NCBI GenBank assembly: GCA_010093705.1
Contig: MU006101.1
Coordinates: 248,001 to 312,000 of the forward strand
Reading direction: 5' to 3'
DNA length: 64,000 nt
DNA from: Patellaria atrata CBS 101060
Lineage: Eukaryota
Shown here: piece after piece, positions 14,127-27,521 of the stretch
How positions within the stretch are numbered: the first letter of the stretch is position 1
How the letters are laid out: each line of letters opens with the position of its first letter
Made by a program: the position numbers and the translations under genes
The notes under the pieces: model-generated
Told to the model about the DNA's origin: nothing
What the model saw: only the letters and a program-made list of their open reading frames with translations
The model's database searches: none

Positions 14127-14949
14127 TGCCGTCACTTTCATGTAGATAGAAGGTAGTAAATATTCAAGTAGAGCTTGAGTGGTGAAGATTTTCTCTTCCA
14201 AGTCTTATAAGCTGGATTAGGTTCATTTGTCCTGTCTGAGTAAGAGCTCAACGGCCATCAGAGTATTAAGAGAACAGGTCTGATTCTTGAAGACTCGAAC
14301 CGGCTATAACGAGCAGCCCCCACAAAATGATAATCTCTTTGCAGTTTATAATCGAACATATTTGCATATAACTCGCGAAGGTACTCATGAAAGCCGTGTA
14401 CATGCATTCGAGACTTACTGCTGCATACTGAAGAACCATGTCTGCGAATTGAGTTCCCTGGTCTGACGCATCCCTCTCGCATTCCTTCCCGCGGGGCAGA
14501 ATGACATTAGCTCTATTTTTGCGGGAACTGCTGATGAACTCTAGTTCTAATCGGAAGCACAAAGTGTAGGCACAAAAATCAGAGAACACCGTGATCGAGA
14601 TTTGAAGATGATTTTCCTTGGACGAGAAAATAATAGATTTGAGCTATCGCAAAACTAAGCTAAGCTGGGGTAGCGCTATGTGCAACGTAATCAACTTTAA
14701 GTATACCGTCGGCTGAACTCTTCATTATTTCGAAAAGGCAACATTCATTCCTGATGGAGTCACCTACACTTCTTGAGCTTCAAGAATGTGTAAATTGATC
14801 TGCTGCCCCAAGCTATCATCGACCTACAACCACTCACGCCATGGGACTTGTAGGGGTTCATGAGCATGTTACTATTCTCTTAGATTTTTGAGCAGAGATA
14901 ACGGATGTTATTATTACAGGTAGTTTGAATTCCCTGCTTGATTACTCTA

Positions 14950-16084
14950 TGGCAGTTCGATGTCTACGTTAACATCCTTCTTTTGACAAAGGTGACTCTT
15001 CTTCCCAAACAGCTTCTATTACCGACAGTATCGGATCCGAAGAGCAACTAAGCCTGTTCACTTTCAAGTTCGTTCCACTTATCCGCGTCGCGCTCTTTCT
15101 AGTTCAAGCTTTGCTTCATAGGCAAGCCATATCCGCTGTTTGCAGTATTAGTACTATAAGCGGTCCATTGTTTTGAGGTATTCAGTGGTATGGTATTGGT
15201 TTCCGGAACGCAAGCCTCGTTAATAACTATTTTCGACTCGGTCTTCAAAACCAGGCACCAAGTTTTCAAGATCTGGGTAGCATATCGGACCAATCATGAA
15301 GTATACATCTGAATTCTTAGTTAGCTGTTCCATGAAGAGGTTATGATCCCTGAATTTAAGCTTGCCTTCCAAATGGCTCGGAAATTCCGCTTTACCAACC
15401 GCGTTGAAAAGGCCTTGCGCTTCACATTTCAAAGAAGGATACGTCCTAAGAAACTCAATATTTAAATGGAGCAATGAGAACCGCGAAAATCAACCCTGGT
15501 GGCGGGGTGCTGTCGACTTTCCACTGAAGGTCTTTGAATAAGTGCGCAAGATTGAAGTCAAGCGCAGAATGAAGATATCTCATCCCGTCCGTGAAAAGTT
15601 GAGCTCTCAGCTCCAAGTGCATGGAAGAAAGACTCGCGGCTCAGGTTAGGAAGGGTACACTCGGTGTGCTCCGGTTCTTGAGATCTGGGCCACTTCTGCA
15701 TGGCATCTATGGTTTTCGTGCCAGAAAGCCACATCTCATCACAAACGAGGCTGACTCATTAATGAGGCTCTGTAATCTATGCGAAGTACTTGGACATAAG
15801 TGAATATGCGACTGTACCTTTACGCCACTCATAGAATATATGATTCGCAATGGCCATTCTCGTTAGCGGTCGCGTGTCTTGCTCATCCATATCTCATCTT
15901 TGAGCGAGCGCTCCAGAGGAGAATTCTTCATCGATGGCAAGGTAACTGGCAATCTTCAATCGGTATATAGCCCAATGAGATTTTTCGTCTTCCGTAATGT
16001 TCGGATGATAACATTCACGGTAGTTCCACTGTCGAAGCTTCTGTAACAGTTATCGGCTAAGAAAGACAGGTCTTCGACATTCAT
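14950..16084 (-). pseudogene. O-methyltransferase (Methyltransf_2 type), disrupted
   Basis: ATG 16084 (MNVEDLSFLAD); fragments YRLKIASYLA, LKFRDHNLFMEQ..NSDVYF, ILKT..KIVINE and ERDADKWNEL, separated by stops/frameshifts. Confidence 0.75.
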
Positions 16085-17147
16085 GAAAACCCTACAATAA
16101 AATGCAATTGGTGGTACACTCCCAGCCACGCCATTTATCCTCCATCTTCTAGAAACTCCACAGAACTCTGATTATTCAATTTTAACTCAGCTGCAGACAC
16201 ACGTAAAGTGGTCTTTTCTAAGAGCTCATGCCACGCAATGTCAACGGAAGGACTTGGAGGGCCAGCATAAGGTGAAATTTCAAAAATCTGTGTAGGTTTG
16301 CGCGGTATACAATAAATATTAAGATTTGGTCGAGTTATGATAGTTAGTTGGTGTTCTAATTACTTAAGGGAGTCTCACAATTGAGAGCTATGGCCATTGG
16401 TGACGTCCATCTCCGCAGGAAGAAAATGACGAAAGTATACGCACTGATTAAGAGAACGTGAAGGTAAAGTAAGTAAGTAAGTAGCGGCATTGAATTTCGT
16501 TCTTCTAATTTAGTGCTATTCGTGTTTTCTTGTCTTTTCTTCGTAGAAATTTCCGTTTGTTCCGCAAAGTTTGCAAGCTACTCATCAGTTACCCTGAAAG
16601 TAGAAAATAAGATAAGAGTTGATTAAGGTCGCACGAACTAATGAATCCTTGAAATTACTATATCCCTGCTAACAGCTATCTTCATTCTACCTCGAGACTT
16701 CGCCGCTTTGGTACCACGTTGAACCAACATGGAGCCTTCTAAGTACGATAACATAGATTAACCTCACCCAGATCAAAAATAATTTAGTAACCTGGATTGC
16801 TCATGTAGCTTATTTGCATGCTGCATATGAGGGACCATGAAAGCAGTTACACTACGTTATCGCGTGACCAGGGGTAGAAGCGAATATAACTGAACGCCGA
16901 TGATGATCATGTTGGAAAAGTTCATCAGGTAGACCTCGGATTCAATCAAATATTATACAGAGTGAGTAACCTTAACGTATTAGAACGCTGTGTGAAGATA
17001 ATGGTATTATCACAAAGTTTATCAGCAATATATATTCGAACGAGAATACTAGTATTCAGCATCTCTACTCCTAAATTTGATTAGTGGACTTACAACCCCT
17101 ACTTGAGAATCAAACTCCTGATTGAAATTCAAACACCAGCTTGAAAA

Positions 17148-17938
17148 TTACGCTCCCAAATGAAATTCGAACTCATATTGTCGGTGATGGAGTAAAAAGA
17201 AGTCCTTATTATTCTCCGGATACGTGTATTTTGACAACTGAATTTTGGTGCGCGACGACTGTGCACGCTCTGAAACCGTGCACGGCCTGAACAAGACCCT
17301 TACAGCCCATCCCCTGATGAAGATAGCCTGGTGGTTTTCTCCGTCTTTTTCATACCTCGATACCACCATCGCGCGATATTCGGTTTTCTCACCGGCGGGG
17401 AACTTTGTTAATTCGATTAGCGGTCCGAATCGACCGCCGAAGTAAGGTGATTCGGCTTTGGCTGAGTCACCCTGGAAATAATCCCAAGCCTCCCTATCTT
17501 CGTCAAACTTCAACTTCTCTGTGAAAGCAGTCTATTAGTCTCTCTATCCACTCTTTCGGACGATGAGTTCTATCGTTATCTCTCTTGGGCCCGGTCTCTT
17601 GCTGGTGAAATATGATTTCAGCCAGCTCGGGGCCCTTCACAGCGAGATCAGGAACGCTATACTCTACGTCTAGTTTACATCAGTAATGCCAAATAAACAT
17701 GTTTGATCCCTGGGAATGCCACTTACAGGTGCTCATATTGAATGACATTTTCCACAGTAATATTTCTCTCTCCCTTGTTGTTCGTAAGCTGTAGCCTACA
17801 GTAATAAAGTTCACAGAAAAAGGAAAAAATCGTGATATATATAGGAGAGTGTAAGAAAAGATCCTCCGTGGAAGTTACATTGATCAGCGAAAGGCGATTC
17901 GAGTAAGTTCCTACAGGTAAGAAAGGAGAACTTACCAT
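17148..17938 (-). pseudogene. Unidentified coding remnant or small intron-containing gene
   Basis: ATG followed by GTAAGT at 17938 and a protein-like ORF at 17148-17513; family not recognised. Confidence 0.25.
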
Positions 17939-18059
17939 ACTGTCTCAAAATCCGGATACATCTGACTCCATGAGAGTCATCGCGGCAACGATGCCGGAGA
18001 CTGCCTCATCATTTCATCTAATCGGATCATAGAAAACGCGGTATAGTCAGACAACCGAT

Positions 18060-18365
18060 CGAGAGTGAGGCTGAGTATAATACGTGGAGTAGTATATTCA
18101 ATAACTTTTAAGACAACTTAGGACAGCAGATATCTTCGACGTGTATGATCTGCTTCTTTCACCAGTCCGATCATAAAAAGGGCCGAGCGAGAGTGAGCTA
18201 GAAAGTACAACACGTGGAGGAGTATATTCAGAAAATCCAGAGATACCAGGATGGCGGATGCATTCGACGTACTGGATCTGATCATAAGAAAAAAGGTATA
18301 ATCAGAAATTGCCCTCTGAAGTGAGGCCGAGAAGTATAACACGTGGAGCAGCACATGTAGGAAAC
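18060..18365 (+). repeat. Three degenerate ~130-bp tandem units
   Basis: Motif (a)gtgag..ga..gta.aa.acgtggag.ag.a.at at about 18063, 18192 and 18320. Confidence 0.75.
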
Positions 18366-18929
18366 TTTCGAAATAAATTAGAGAATTGTATACCCTACAA
18401 TCGGGGAACCGGGCAGAACTCTCTGTACTACGGTAAATACCGACTGTGATTTTCGGGACAAAGATCACATTACCTTTCATCTACACCATCTTCCCAAAAA
18501 TGAAACATCTCTATCTAAATCTGCGGTCGGAAGCTATACAACCTCATAGTATCGATTTGTAACTCTAATCGCGGAGGATATGGTGCTGGAATTTAGTATG
18601 GTGAGTTCTTGGAGATTTTAGTATCCCCTGCAGATATCCGGTTTCTGTGTGCCACTTACCCACAAGATCCGTCTGATTCTTTATAGTTAAGAAAAGTTTA
18701 GAAGGAATCTTTTCGTTACCAGTAGAACTCCTCTGTCCCTGTCCGCTCACTCTGGGCCACTCAGTAGACACTCCACTCAGCTCTCAATGCTTGTTGTTGG
18801 TAAATAACCGTATAACGAACTTCAAAGTACAAAACACTTGCACATGCATGATCTAGAACAGCCATGGAGAGCTACTTGAGTGTTCACCGAGTAGAGTGTC
18901 GCAAAGCGTACAGGCACGGACACTCAACG

Positions 18930-19230
18930 TCAACGGTGCTGCGCAACGTTCCAAGACTCATCACTCATAACCTAGACTGAATCATCCCATTTGAAAAGCC
19001 AGAGAACTTATAAAACGTAAAGGACAGGACTGACTCAGAAGATTTGAAGAGAGTATACAGTCAACGGTGCTGCATAATACTCCCACTCATAATCTCGATC
19101 GAATCGTCCCTTCGAAAAGCTAGAGAACTTACAAAACCCAAAAAACAGGTTGGACCCAGAAAATTCGAAGACTACTATCTGACTGTTCTGGCCGCCGTGT
19201 TACCAACTCTGAAAAACTCCTCATAAGAAT
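18930..19230 (+). repeat. Two (possibly three) degenerate ~130-bp tandem units
   Basis: tcaacggtgctgc...cactcataa...gaatc.tccc.tt.gaaaagc.agagaactta.aaaac at about 18930 and 19061. Confidence 0.7.
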
Positions 19231-20915
19231 CAGAAAGACGACACCCTGACCAACACTTTGAACACGAAGGGTGAGTAACCCAAAACATTAACTAGAAAGT
19301 TTCAAAAAAAAGAGATAGAGAGTTGCTATAAGTCCAGGGACCTTTACCGGAAATGCATTCACCTTGTGAGAATCCCGTCACTGTCTCCCAAGGATCGCGA
19401 TTATGGACGCAGTCACTTCCCGCCCGAGACTCAGAACGAGCACACACTGTTCATGTGCTGACTGAGGCTGAGATGACTCGCGATCTGATATGATGCAGGG
19501 ACGGCATTGCGATGACTGTTCTCGTCTATATCTGAGCATCCGCTCCCTCTGTACCTCTTCTTCACCACAACTGCGAATTCAACCAGCCATGACAAAGTGA
19601 AGAATATTACTAACAGAAAGTTGATCGAATATGGCGACATCGGGACATCAGTGGGAAGGACCACCCACTCGTCCAAACGGACCCAGGGAGGGGACAAGAG
19701 CCCGACCGCACCACTAGTCCGGTAGACCTCATTGCAGCTGAAGAGTGTCAAAACATGCCCCTAGGTAAGAAGATCCTCTCTTAGGGTGCGTAAATCTCAA
19801 GATTGATATCTAGTATTGCAGAGAATATCCGGTTTTACCTTTCGCTAATTTAAAGATCGACTATGCACACCGTAATTACCCTGACGTAATTACCGAGCGT
19901 CTCGTAACGATCGAAGCGAAACATTATGTTCGAGTAGCAGTAATTTTGGTTGAAGACATTCCCGCCGTGGGCGGCTCATTCGCAAAGCTCATCATGGTAT
20001 CAAAGACGATGTCAACCCGTCTGGACGCCTTGCGGAACCTGCTTTGCGATGCAGAAAAGAAACCAGTTAATAGGTAGCTTTATGATACTAAATCTGGCCA
20101 GAATCCGGAGAAGTTTGAAACTCTATACACCCGTTTCGATCCTTCGGACTTGGCGCCAGAATCATAGGACGGCGGAGTTTTCAGTAACCTCTACAGGGTA
20201 GGACCCCATGCGTCCCCGGTGAAATCCATGGCAGTTTACAGCAGTCTGTTTAAGGTCCAAGCACTGAATGATTCCTTAAACGGCGATGTTAGGCAGAGAT
20301 TATCTATAATACATACTTACCCATTCATAACAAATTGGTTATCAATAGATGTTCCTTAAAAATGTTTTAGATTGTTCTTCAATGAGAAGGTGATGACGTG
20401 CTATCAAATGACCATACATGTTTCTCAAAAATATTGCTATCAACCTTTCAATTGGTAAGAGAAGTTAAGACCACTGGAACCAACCGAGCTGAGATCTGAG
20501 AAGTGTTGTGCGAGTGGTAGTAGATGCGATATAGTAGTCGCTCGCGAGAGTTACAAGTATAATGTGCACCCTTTGCGGTATTCCTCAGCTCACTAAAGAA
20601 ATTAGCCAACTGTATGACGGCAGAAATAGTATTTCAGAATAGATACTATAGAACGAGGAGACTCGAGACTCGCGATTCCCGCGAGAAATTTATGAAATGC
20701 GTGGAGTATAGTAAATGACTTACTAGGTGTCGAATAATCTAGGCCATGGGAATAGCAGAGATAGCAGTCCTCCGGACGCAATTATGAGCCGAGAAAGTGG
20801 AAACAACCGGATACCACCCCATGAGTGGTGTCAAGAGAGTACACCAACGTCCCAGGATTACGTGGTAATCGCCCAAATTGTACCTAATAGCAAATGAGCT
20901 TTTCAATTACCCCTA

Positions 20916-22478
20916 TCACCCTGAACTCCCCCCCCTCCTAATAACCGGCGTCAAAACCCTAACCTCCTCCATTGGATCCCCCCTGTCAAGCGGCGTAAAC
21001 GGGCTCTTCTCCACCGCCTTTACAAGTGCTCCAAAAAGTTTCGTAGACCCAGGGGTAACAAGTCCATCGAGCCCAGAATCCGCAACTAGCGGATCGACCA
21101 TGGGATCCGTACAATAGAGCGCGAGGAGCTTGTCGACGGTATCCTGCAGACGGCCGGTATGCTGATTGAGGGGTGTGGTTGTGATATTGCGGCGCTTAGA
21201 TATGGTGAGTATGTGTAGAGTAGAGATGCTAGAGAGGGGAGACTAACGAATGTGAAAACTGTACCCTTGAAGACTTGATGGTAGATGAGTTTGTACTCTT
21301 CGTCTTTCGGGGCATCGTCTGTCGTATATTCATCTAGAGATTTGACTCCTACGGGTCCAACATTCGAATCCTTGCGGTTATGGTTCGTTTTCTTTCTTTG
21401 CTGTAGCCCATACAAGCGCATGCCGGCCATGACCAATCTCGAAATCGTTTCCTTGTTCTTGCTCTCAACTGTAGATCCCTCATTAGCATTCGCTATACTG
21501 GTAACCCTCGAAAGAGAGGATCTCTTATCGAGATGACCTTTCCTGCTAGTGGGCCTCGAGTCTAACGAAATACTGGGAGATCGGGACAACGGCCTCGTAC
21601 TTATAGGCACGGAAAGAGGTCCTTGGGGACCAGATCGGTCCTCCGATGCCGCACTCGAAAGTTTACCTCCAATCGACAGAGATCGTCTATGCGCACTACC
21701 AGCAGTAGCTCCATCCGCCTTGGACGCCGCCGCCGCAATACCCTCCCCGCCCTTCCGCTTAGCCTTTCTCCGCAGCTCCGTGGCCTGATCAAACACGTCC
21801 GTGACCGCCTTCCTCTTACTCGCCGCGTCTTGAACCTCCCAGGGGGTGGGAAGAAACCTCGCCTCCACCTCCTCCCCCGCTTTTCTCCTCTTTTCTCTCC
21901 CGGGCGACAAAGGCGGCGTCGGTGGGAGACCCTGCGTCAGCAAATCTGACGACAGCGGCAACGCGCGTATCTCCAGTTTGACCTCCTTGCCTTCTTCCGC
22001 CGGGCCTTCAAGAGTCCCGTAAAACAGTATCTCCGTAATCTTCGGCCAAGACGCAGCTTGTCCATCCTTCTGCACCACCGCGACTAAGGCCCCAACAGGT
22101 GACTGTCTGCATCCCGCCTGCCACCACGACAGCTTCTCCGCCCCTTCTGGTCCAGGTTCTACTACCTCGTCCCCCGGCTCCGCCAGTAACGTATCTCCAA
22201 ACCACGTCTCCGTCTCCTTGCACGCAGTCCAAACATCTCGACTCGGTCCAGCAGCTAAACAAAGCGGGATCTGCGCCGTCGCAACGAGGCTTATAAACTT
22301 AAATTCGTTTACTAACACGTTGAGATTCGACGGGGGCGAAGTGGAGCCGGAAGAGGAAATGTGTACATCTGCATACGCGCGGGAATTAGTGACAATTCTC
22401 GCGAGAGAAACAGGGAAAATGCAAGCCTTTGAGTAATTGGTCGTTAGGAAGTGAAAGAGAACCGGTCCATACGTCCAT
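20916..22478 (-). CDS. Sld7 C-terminal-domain-containing protein, 2 introns
   Basis: ATG 22478 (MDVWTGSL); main ORF 21086-22318; C-terminal NKETISRLVMAGMRLYGL...EYKLIYHQVFKGTVFTF|RRNI...DTVDKLLALYC; intron about 21197-21248; stop at 20916. Confidence 0.7.
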
Positions 22479-22802
22479 CGTATGCGAGAGTATCCAAACT
22501 CATGCGATTCGAGTTATTTTGTAGTAGAAAGGGTCAGGTCAGACGGGAGGGGTGAGGTCAAATTAACAAACGCGTCTATGCACGGTTCGCGAAGTCACAT
22601 GATCATGATTTAAATAGAAATAATGCAAAGCTTACCAGAATGCATTTTTTTAAGAACTATATACAAGAGGTATCCCGCAAGGGTATAAATCATCTAAAAT
22701 ATGCACATTGACAAAACGATAGAAGTTATAGCCATGACTTCATCAATCCCTACTCCATACCATCCCAATCGTTCAAAAAGCGCTGACTTATGCAACATTT
22801 CC

Positions 22803-23597
22803 CTAGTTCCTGTTCAATAAGTTGAAGAAATCCCTCGCATGCCTCTTGACCCTGCTAGCGAGCGATCCAAGCGCAGGTCCAGGGATAGGATAGCTAGAGA
22901 ATGAGCCGTAAAGGTTGAACCGGATGCCGGGGTCAGACGCCGTGTAGAATGAGGTCGCCGGCACACCACCTGGGACAGCTGAACCGCCACCGCTAACCTT
23001 CAAGTTGACGCACTGTGGGTATGCCTGAGCGCCGTTGGGTTGGCCGGCTGCGTGGAGGGCGATGATCTCGTGGCGAAGGACATAGTTACCAGCCTTGAGG
23101 TTGCTTGGGATCTTGACGTTCCAGGTAACGTTGTTTTTGATGAGGGTGTCTGTGACCCAGGTACCCGGGTTAGAGCCACTGATGAGACCGCCTTGTGCGA
23201 TCTTTTCAAATCTAAGGGATGAGGCGCTGGCGGACGTGCACTCGCCTGAGCAGGCGGCGAGGTAGTCGATGACTGGGCCCTTGTGGGAGTCGGGCCAGGT
23301 ATTCCAAGCAAGACCGATGGTGTCGCCAGCGTTCACTGGGACGTATGCTTGACCTGGGCTGGAGCTCTTGTGGCAGGCGATATCAGCGGATCCAAAGGCG
23401 TCAGGTGAAACGAAGCCGTTGTCGAGGTTAGAGGCCTTCCATCCAGCAACAGCGGGCGCAGGGTTCGCATAGGCGTATGCTGGGTCCCAACCGCTATACC
23501 ATTTTCCACCAGAAATGATACCGGCGACATGACCGTGAGCAGCAACAGAGCTGACAAGGACGGCTGTGGAAGCCAAAGCAGTGGAAGAGACACGCAT
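22803..23597 (-). CDS. AA9 (GH61) lytic polysaccharide monooxygenase, secreted, intronless
   Basis: Signal peptide then N-terminal His (HGHV), second His in WPDSHKGP, YVLRHEIIALH and GAQAYPQC. Confidence 0.97.
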   Translation of the reverse strand: MRVSSTALASTAVLVSSVAAHGHVAGIISGGKWYSGWDPAYAYANPAPAVAGWKASNLDNGFVSPDAFGSADIACHKSSSPGQAYVPVNAGDTIGLAWNTWPDSHKGPVIDYLAACSGECTSASASSLRFEKIAQGGLISGSNPGTWVTDTLIKNNVTWNVKIPSNLKAGNYVLRHEIIALHAAGQPNGAQAYPQCVNLKVSGGGSAVPGGVPATSFYTASDPGIRFNLYGSFSSYPIPGPALGSLASRVKRHARDFFNLLNRN

Positions 23598-25141
23598 GTT
23601 GAGGAGCTAGAAGGAGATTGTCTTGAGAATGAGGGACTGAGGAAGTTGAGGCCTTGATGATCTCACAAAGAATATACGAATTGGCTCAGGGGCATGACGC
23701 TTTTATAGGAAGAAGTAGAGGAAGCAGGTTTTCTGCTGGCCATGTGATAGTAGTCGAAAACTGGAGATACCTAATACCAATACAAGCCGGAATCCTGCTG
23801 GCCTGGAATGATTTGATTTCTCATGGTAAAATAAATTAAATGTCCCCGCTACCAGGGAATGTTCGAATGCTTGGTTCTCGCGTGTTCTACCCTTAATATC
23901 GCGACAGTCGAACCGGAATGCAATTGTCTACCCAGAAGTGGAAGTTTCTCCAGATTGTCAAAAGTCGTTATAGGAGGCTTGTGAGGGTTGTGCAACCTAA
24001 CGGCTAATTTTCCGAATATATTGACCCTTATTGACCAGCATGCGCGCCAATGAACGATTTTGTTTGGAGGAGAAATGGCGTTAAGCATGAAAAGGCATGA
24101 AACGACGAGATGAACGTGAAACTTACCTCGTGGTACAAACAGTCTATTACGACCTATCCGTCATCACTGATGCCAGCAAGACGAAAACTCTTGCTTCCAG
24201 AAATCTTGAATTTGCAGCGGAACAATTCTCAGATGGAACGTCTTCTTCTCGTCCCTTGTGGAGCAGGCGCAGAACGCATTATCGAAATGACATCAACCGC
24301 AATATCTTTTAATCTATACAAGTCAGAGCCCAAATGTGACCGCGTGGCAAGCGTACTGCGGATGTCAACATCAAGGTAGTCAAGACCCGGAGGGTGGTAT
24401 ACGATACGACTCTGAACATTGAGTGCCCAACGCTCTCATAGGCGAAGTATAGGCGATCAGCGACTGTGGATGTGATGAGTTCAAGAAGCGGTCCGCCGGG
24501 CCATATAGAAAAAGAAGGGGGAGGGAGAGTGGAGGGAAAAGCAGAAAAGCTGGGGTGCAGTTCGCCTGAGACGTGTCCGGGGACTCCACACTCTGAATCG
24601 ACGATCCCTGCCCTCACAAACGTTAGCATAACGGCTGTATGACACTCTCCTATTCATATTGAGATTAACCGTTTACCAAAACCACAAACACCACTGCGGG
24701 TAATTGATGAAAAGATCGAAACTAGTCGAACCGGAAAGATCTTGCACTACCACTACTAGTGCAAACGTCAATACCACGACTGAATATATTGAATAATGCG
24801 GAAATCGCCGAGCAGGCGGAGGGGAGTAGAATTTCGCCATCACGTGCACCAGGTATCCATAACGGACACTAAGAACATATATACTCCTCAACCCCTGAGA
24901 GGCTGAGACATTTATATCGCCATAGTAGCGAAATTGAAGAACGCTCCACACCCAAGGAACCGAAATTTATTCCGTCCTGCGAACCAGGCTTCCAGAAGAC
25001 TCTCCCGTCGCCAGTGAGATTCTCGGATATCAACAGGATATGTGGCGTGCACCCTTCGTTCTAGAAATTTAAACCTCGTGGTCAAATTGGCCCATTTCTT
25101 GATCTTCGCACAACACGTAGTTTCCCCATCTCATAATACCC

Positions 25142-26643
25142 CTAATTTTCCTTCCCACTCCCCACCCCCGGCCCACCACCAGGCGCAACACCCACCCCAT
25201 CCCCCTCCTCCCCCACAAAATCCACGAGCGCACTGACCTCGCAAAAGTCCTCGAGCTCCTCACTAATCGTCTTCAACTTCTCCTTGACGGCCGTGACACC
25301 CTCATGTCCGATGATGTGTCTAGCAGGCGGATTATCGTGTCCGCCGATCGCCAACAACGCGAAGACTGTTTCCGCGATGAGTGCCGACCTGACTTGCGGG
25401 ACCAACGGGGGGTAAAAGCTCGTAATACTGGTTTCCTGCAGGGCATCTGAGGCGCGCGGAGGACGGTCGTCATCGATATCCATATCGGAGGAGGGGGAAG
25501 ATGGAGAGGCGGAATCCGAGGCGTAGGAATTGAAACTGTCGTCGTCGCTCTTGGGGGAGGGGTAAGACGATGAGGTGGGAGAGGGCGAGTCGTGGCCTTC
25601 GAGCTTGTCAAGGAGGCCGGAGAGTATTTCGCGAGATAGAGGCGCGCCGTTCATCACGGGTGAGTATTCGGTCATCTGCGGGACGGCGGTGATGCGGTTT
25701 GTTAGGACGTTGATCTCGAGGTTTGGTTGCATGATTGTCATTTTTATGTTGAAGGGAGCGATTTCGTACGCGAGACTCTATGAGATGGTAAGTATCACGT
25801 GTTGCGATGGGAGAAGACTGTTGAAAAGGGGTTACTCACGTCGCAATATCCCTCAATCGCCCATTGTGAAGCGCAATACATGCCCAACCCGGGAGTCCCC
25901 AGATGCGCAGTGATACCAGTCAACATGACAATATGCCCGTTCTGCTTCTCCCTCATTGTCGGCAGAACCGCACGTATCAAATTCACATTCGCAAAGAAGT
26001 TCGTCTCGAACTGGTCTCTCACAGCGCTGAACGTCCTCTCCGTCTGGGCTAGTTCTTCCACAGAGCCAACCAATGCCTCCCCGGTCATACCAACCAACAC
26101 ATCAATCCGACAAAACGCCTCCACCGCTTCAGCAATCGCCGCCTGACACTGCGCAATAACGCCGGCGTCGAGTCCCACAATCCTCAACCTACCCCTCCAC
26201 CTCCTTTTCTCCCTACACTCCCTTTCCTGTCTATCTCCTTTCCCTTCCACTCTGCCATCTCCCGCTCCCCTCTCCCTCCCACCATCTCTTAACCCGTCCC
26301 CAGTTCTACTCCCAGCCCTCTCCCTTCCGTCCAACCCATCTTCACCCCGTGAGATGCATTTCCGATCGCCAACCCCCAGATCCTCCACAAACCCTCTCAG
26401 CTCCTCCCCGCGCTCACTCTCCCATTCTCCAGGTCCGATACCGAGGACGACGCAGTCGCCGTGTTCCAGCGCTTTGCGAGTGACCGCGACGGCGATGGGG
26501 GAGGTGCCGTTTGCGAGGAACCATGTGCGGGGCGCGTTGTGGGGTGGGAAGTGCGGACTGCGAGGGCGGGAAGGTTTACTTGTCGTCGAGGAGGCGGTGG
26601 GAGCAGATGCGGATGGCGCCGTGCTGGAAGCGGGTTGAGACAT
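25142..26643 (-). CDS. Short-chain dehydrogenase/reductase-like protein, one intron (about 25779-25838)
   Basis: RTWFLANGTSPIA, FETNFFANVN, YCASQWAIEGYCD|SLAYEIAPFNIKMTIMQP. Confidence 0.88.
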
Positions 26644-27521
26644 TATGGTTGGAGTGGGATATTGAGGATGGAGGTTAGCTGGCGATCAGGTGTTGATGTA
26701 CGGTGGTTAATCGTAAGTTGATAATGTGGGTTTAGTATGTCGAGCGTACAAAGTGGGGGTATTATTCCAGGTTGAACGATGGGAATCCTCCTAATGTTTC
26801 CTAGGCGGCATCAAGGAGGACGGTACGCTCTTAGACGTGTATACCTAACAAGAAAATACATCGTTGTAGTGCGACCTGATGTCGATGAATTCTAAGTTCG
26901 GCATTTGGTGTTGTGCAGAACATCGGTGATAAGTCCGACCAACTGCCTATCCCCAGATTCGTGGCGCCGGCGATCAATGTGGCTAATTATTACCCCTTAT
27001 TGTGGAGGTGCATTAGGTTTCTGCACTACCTTAGTACACATTGGAAATTATTCGTACAGGGCACATGCCGAAGAATACATGCCTAGTATCAAGTTCTAGG
27101 TAGAAGTAAATGTGGACGGTTCGTACATGCAATGTAATTGTACGGCTACACATTCCCTGTACGCTCTCTCACTCCTATATCGAAGAGTGAGAGGTACGGA
27201 CAGGAGTGAATATAACGCAAACCTATATATGGCCAGACCGTTAGTACGGTTGCAGATATCTCCTCCAATCTCCCTTTTTCTGTACAGCAGAGGTGCAACC
27301 AGCCTGAAGGGGAATCTACAGCAGGTAAGAACACTACGATATGGAAACGGAATCACAAAGTAGTACACAATTCACGACGACGGCCACACAGCACAGCAAA
27401 GCCTCCAATTCAATCCTTTAATCCACTAGAGTAATCCACTCCGGGAAAGCATTCAATTCCGAACCCGTCCTATGACGAACACCCATTACCATCAACACTA
27501 CCAGACTGCATCGCCATTCGA

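Noticed and set aside
14258..14589. Possible cluster transcription-factor remnant
   Set aside because: No Zn2Cys6 or other recognisable motif
16464..16484. (AAGT)n short repeat
   Set aside because: Ordinary microsatellite
18060..19230. CRISPR-like repeat/spacer array
   Set aside because: Eukaryotic DNA; units are degenerate with a ~130-bp period, and there are no cas genes
22803..22850. AA9 C-terminal RVKRHARDF tail
   Set aside because: Similar tails occur in other fungal AA9 proteins; not novel
24120..24840. Possible spliced minus-strand gene (GTAAAC...CTAAC...CAG)
   Set aside because: The spliced product hits an early stop and resembles no family I recognise
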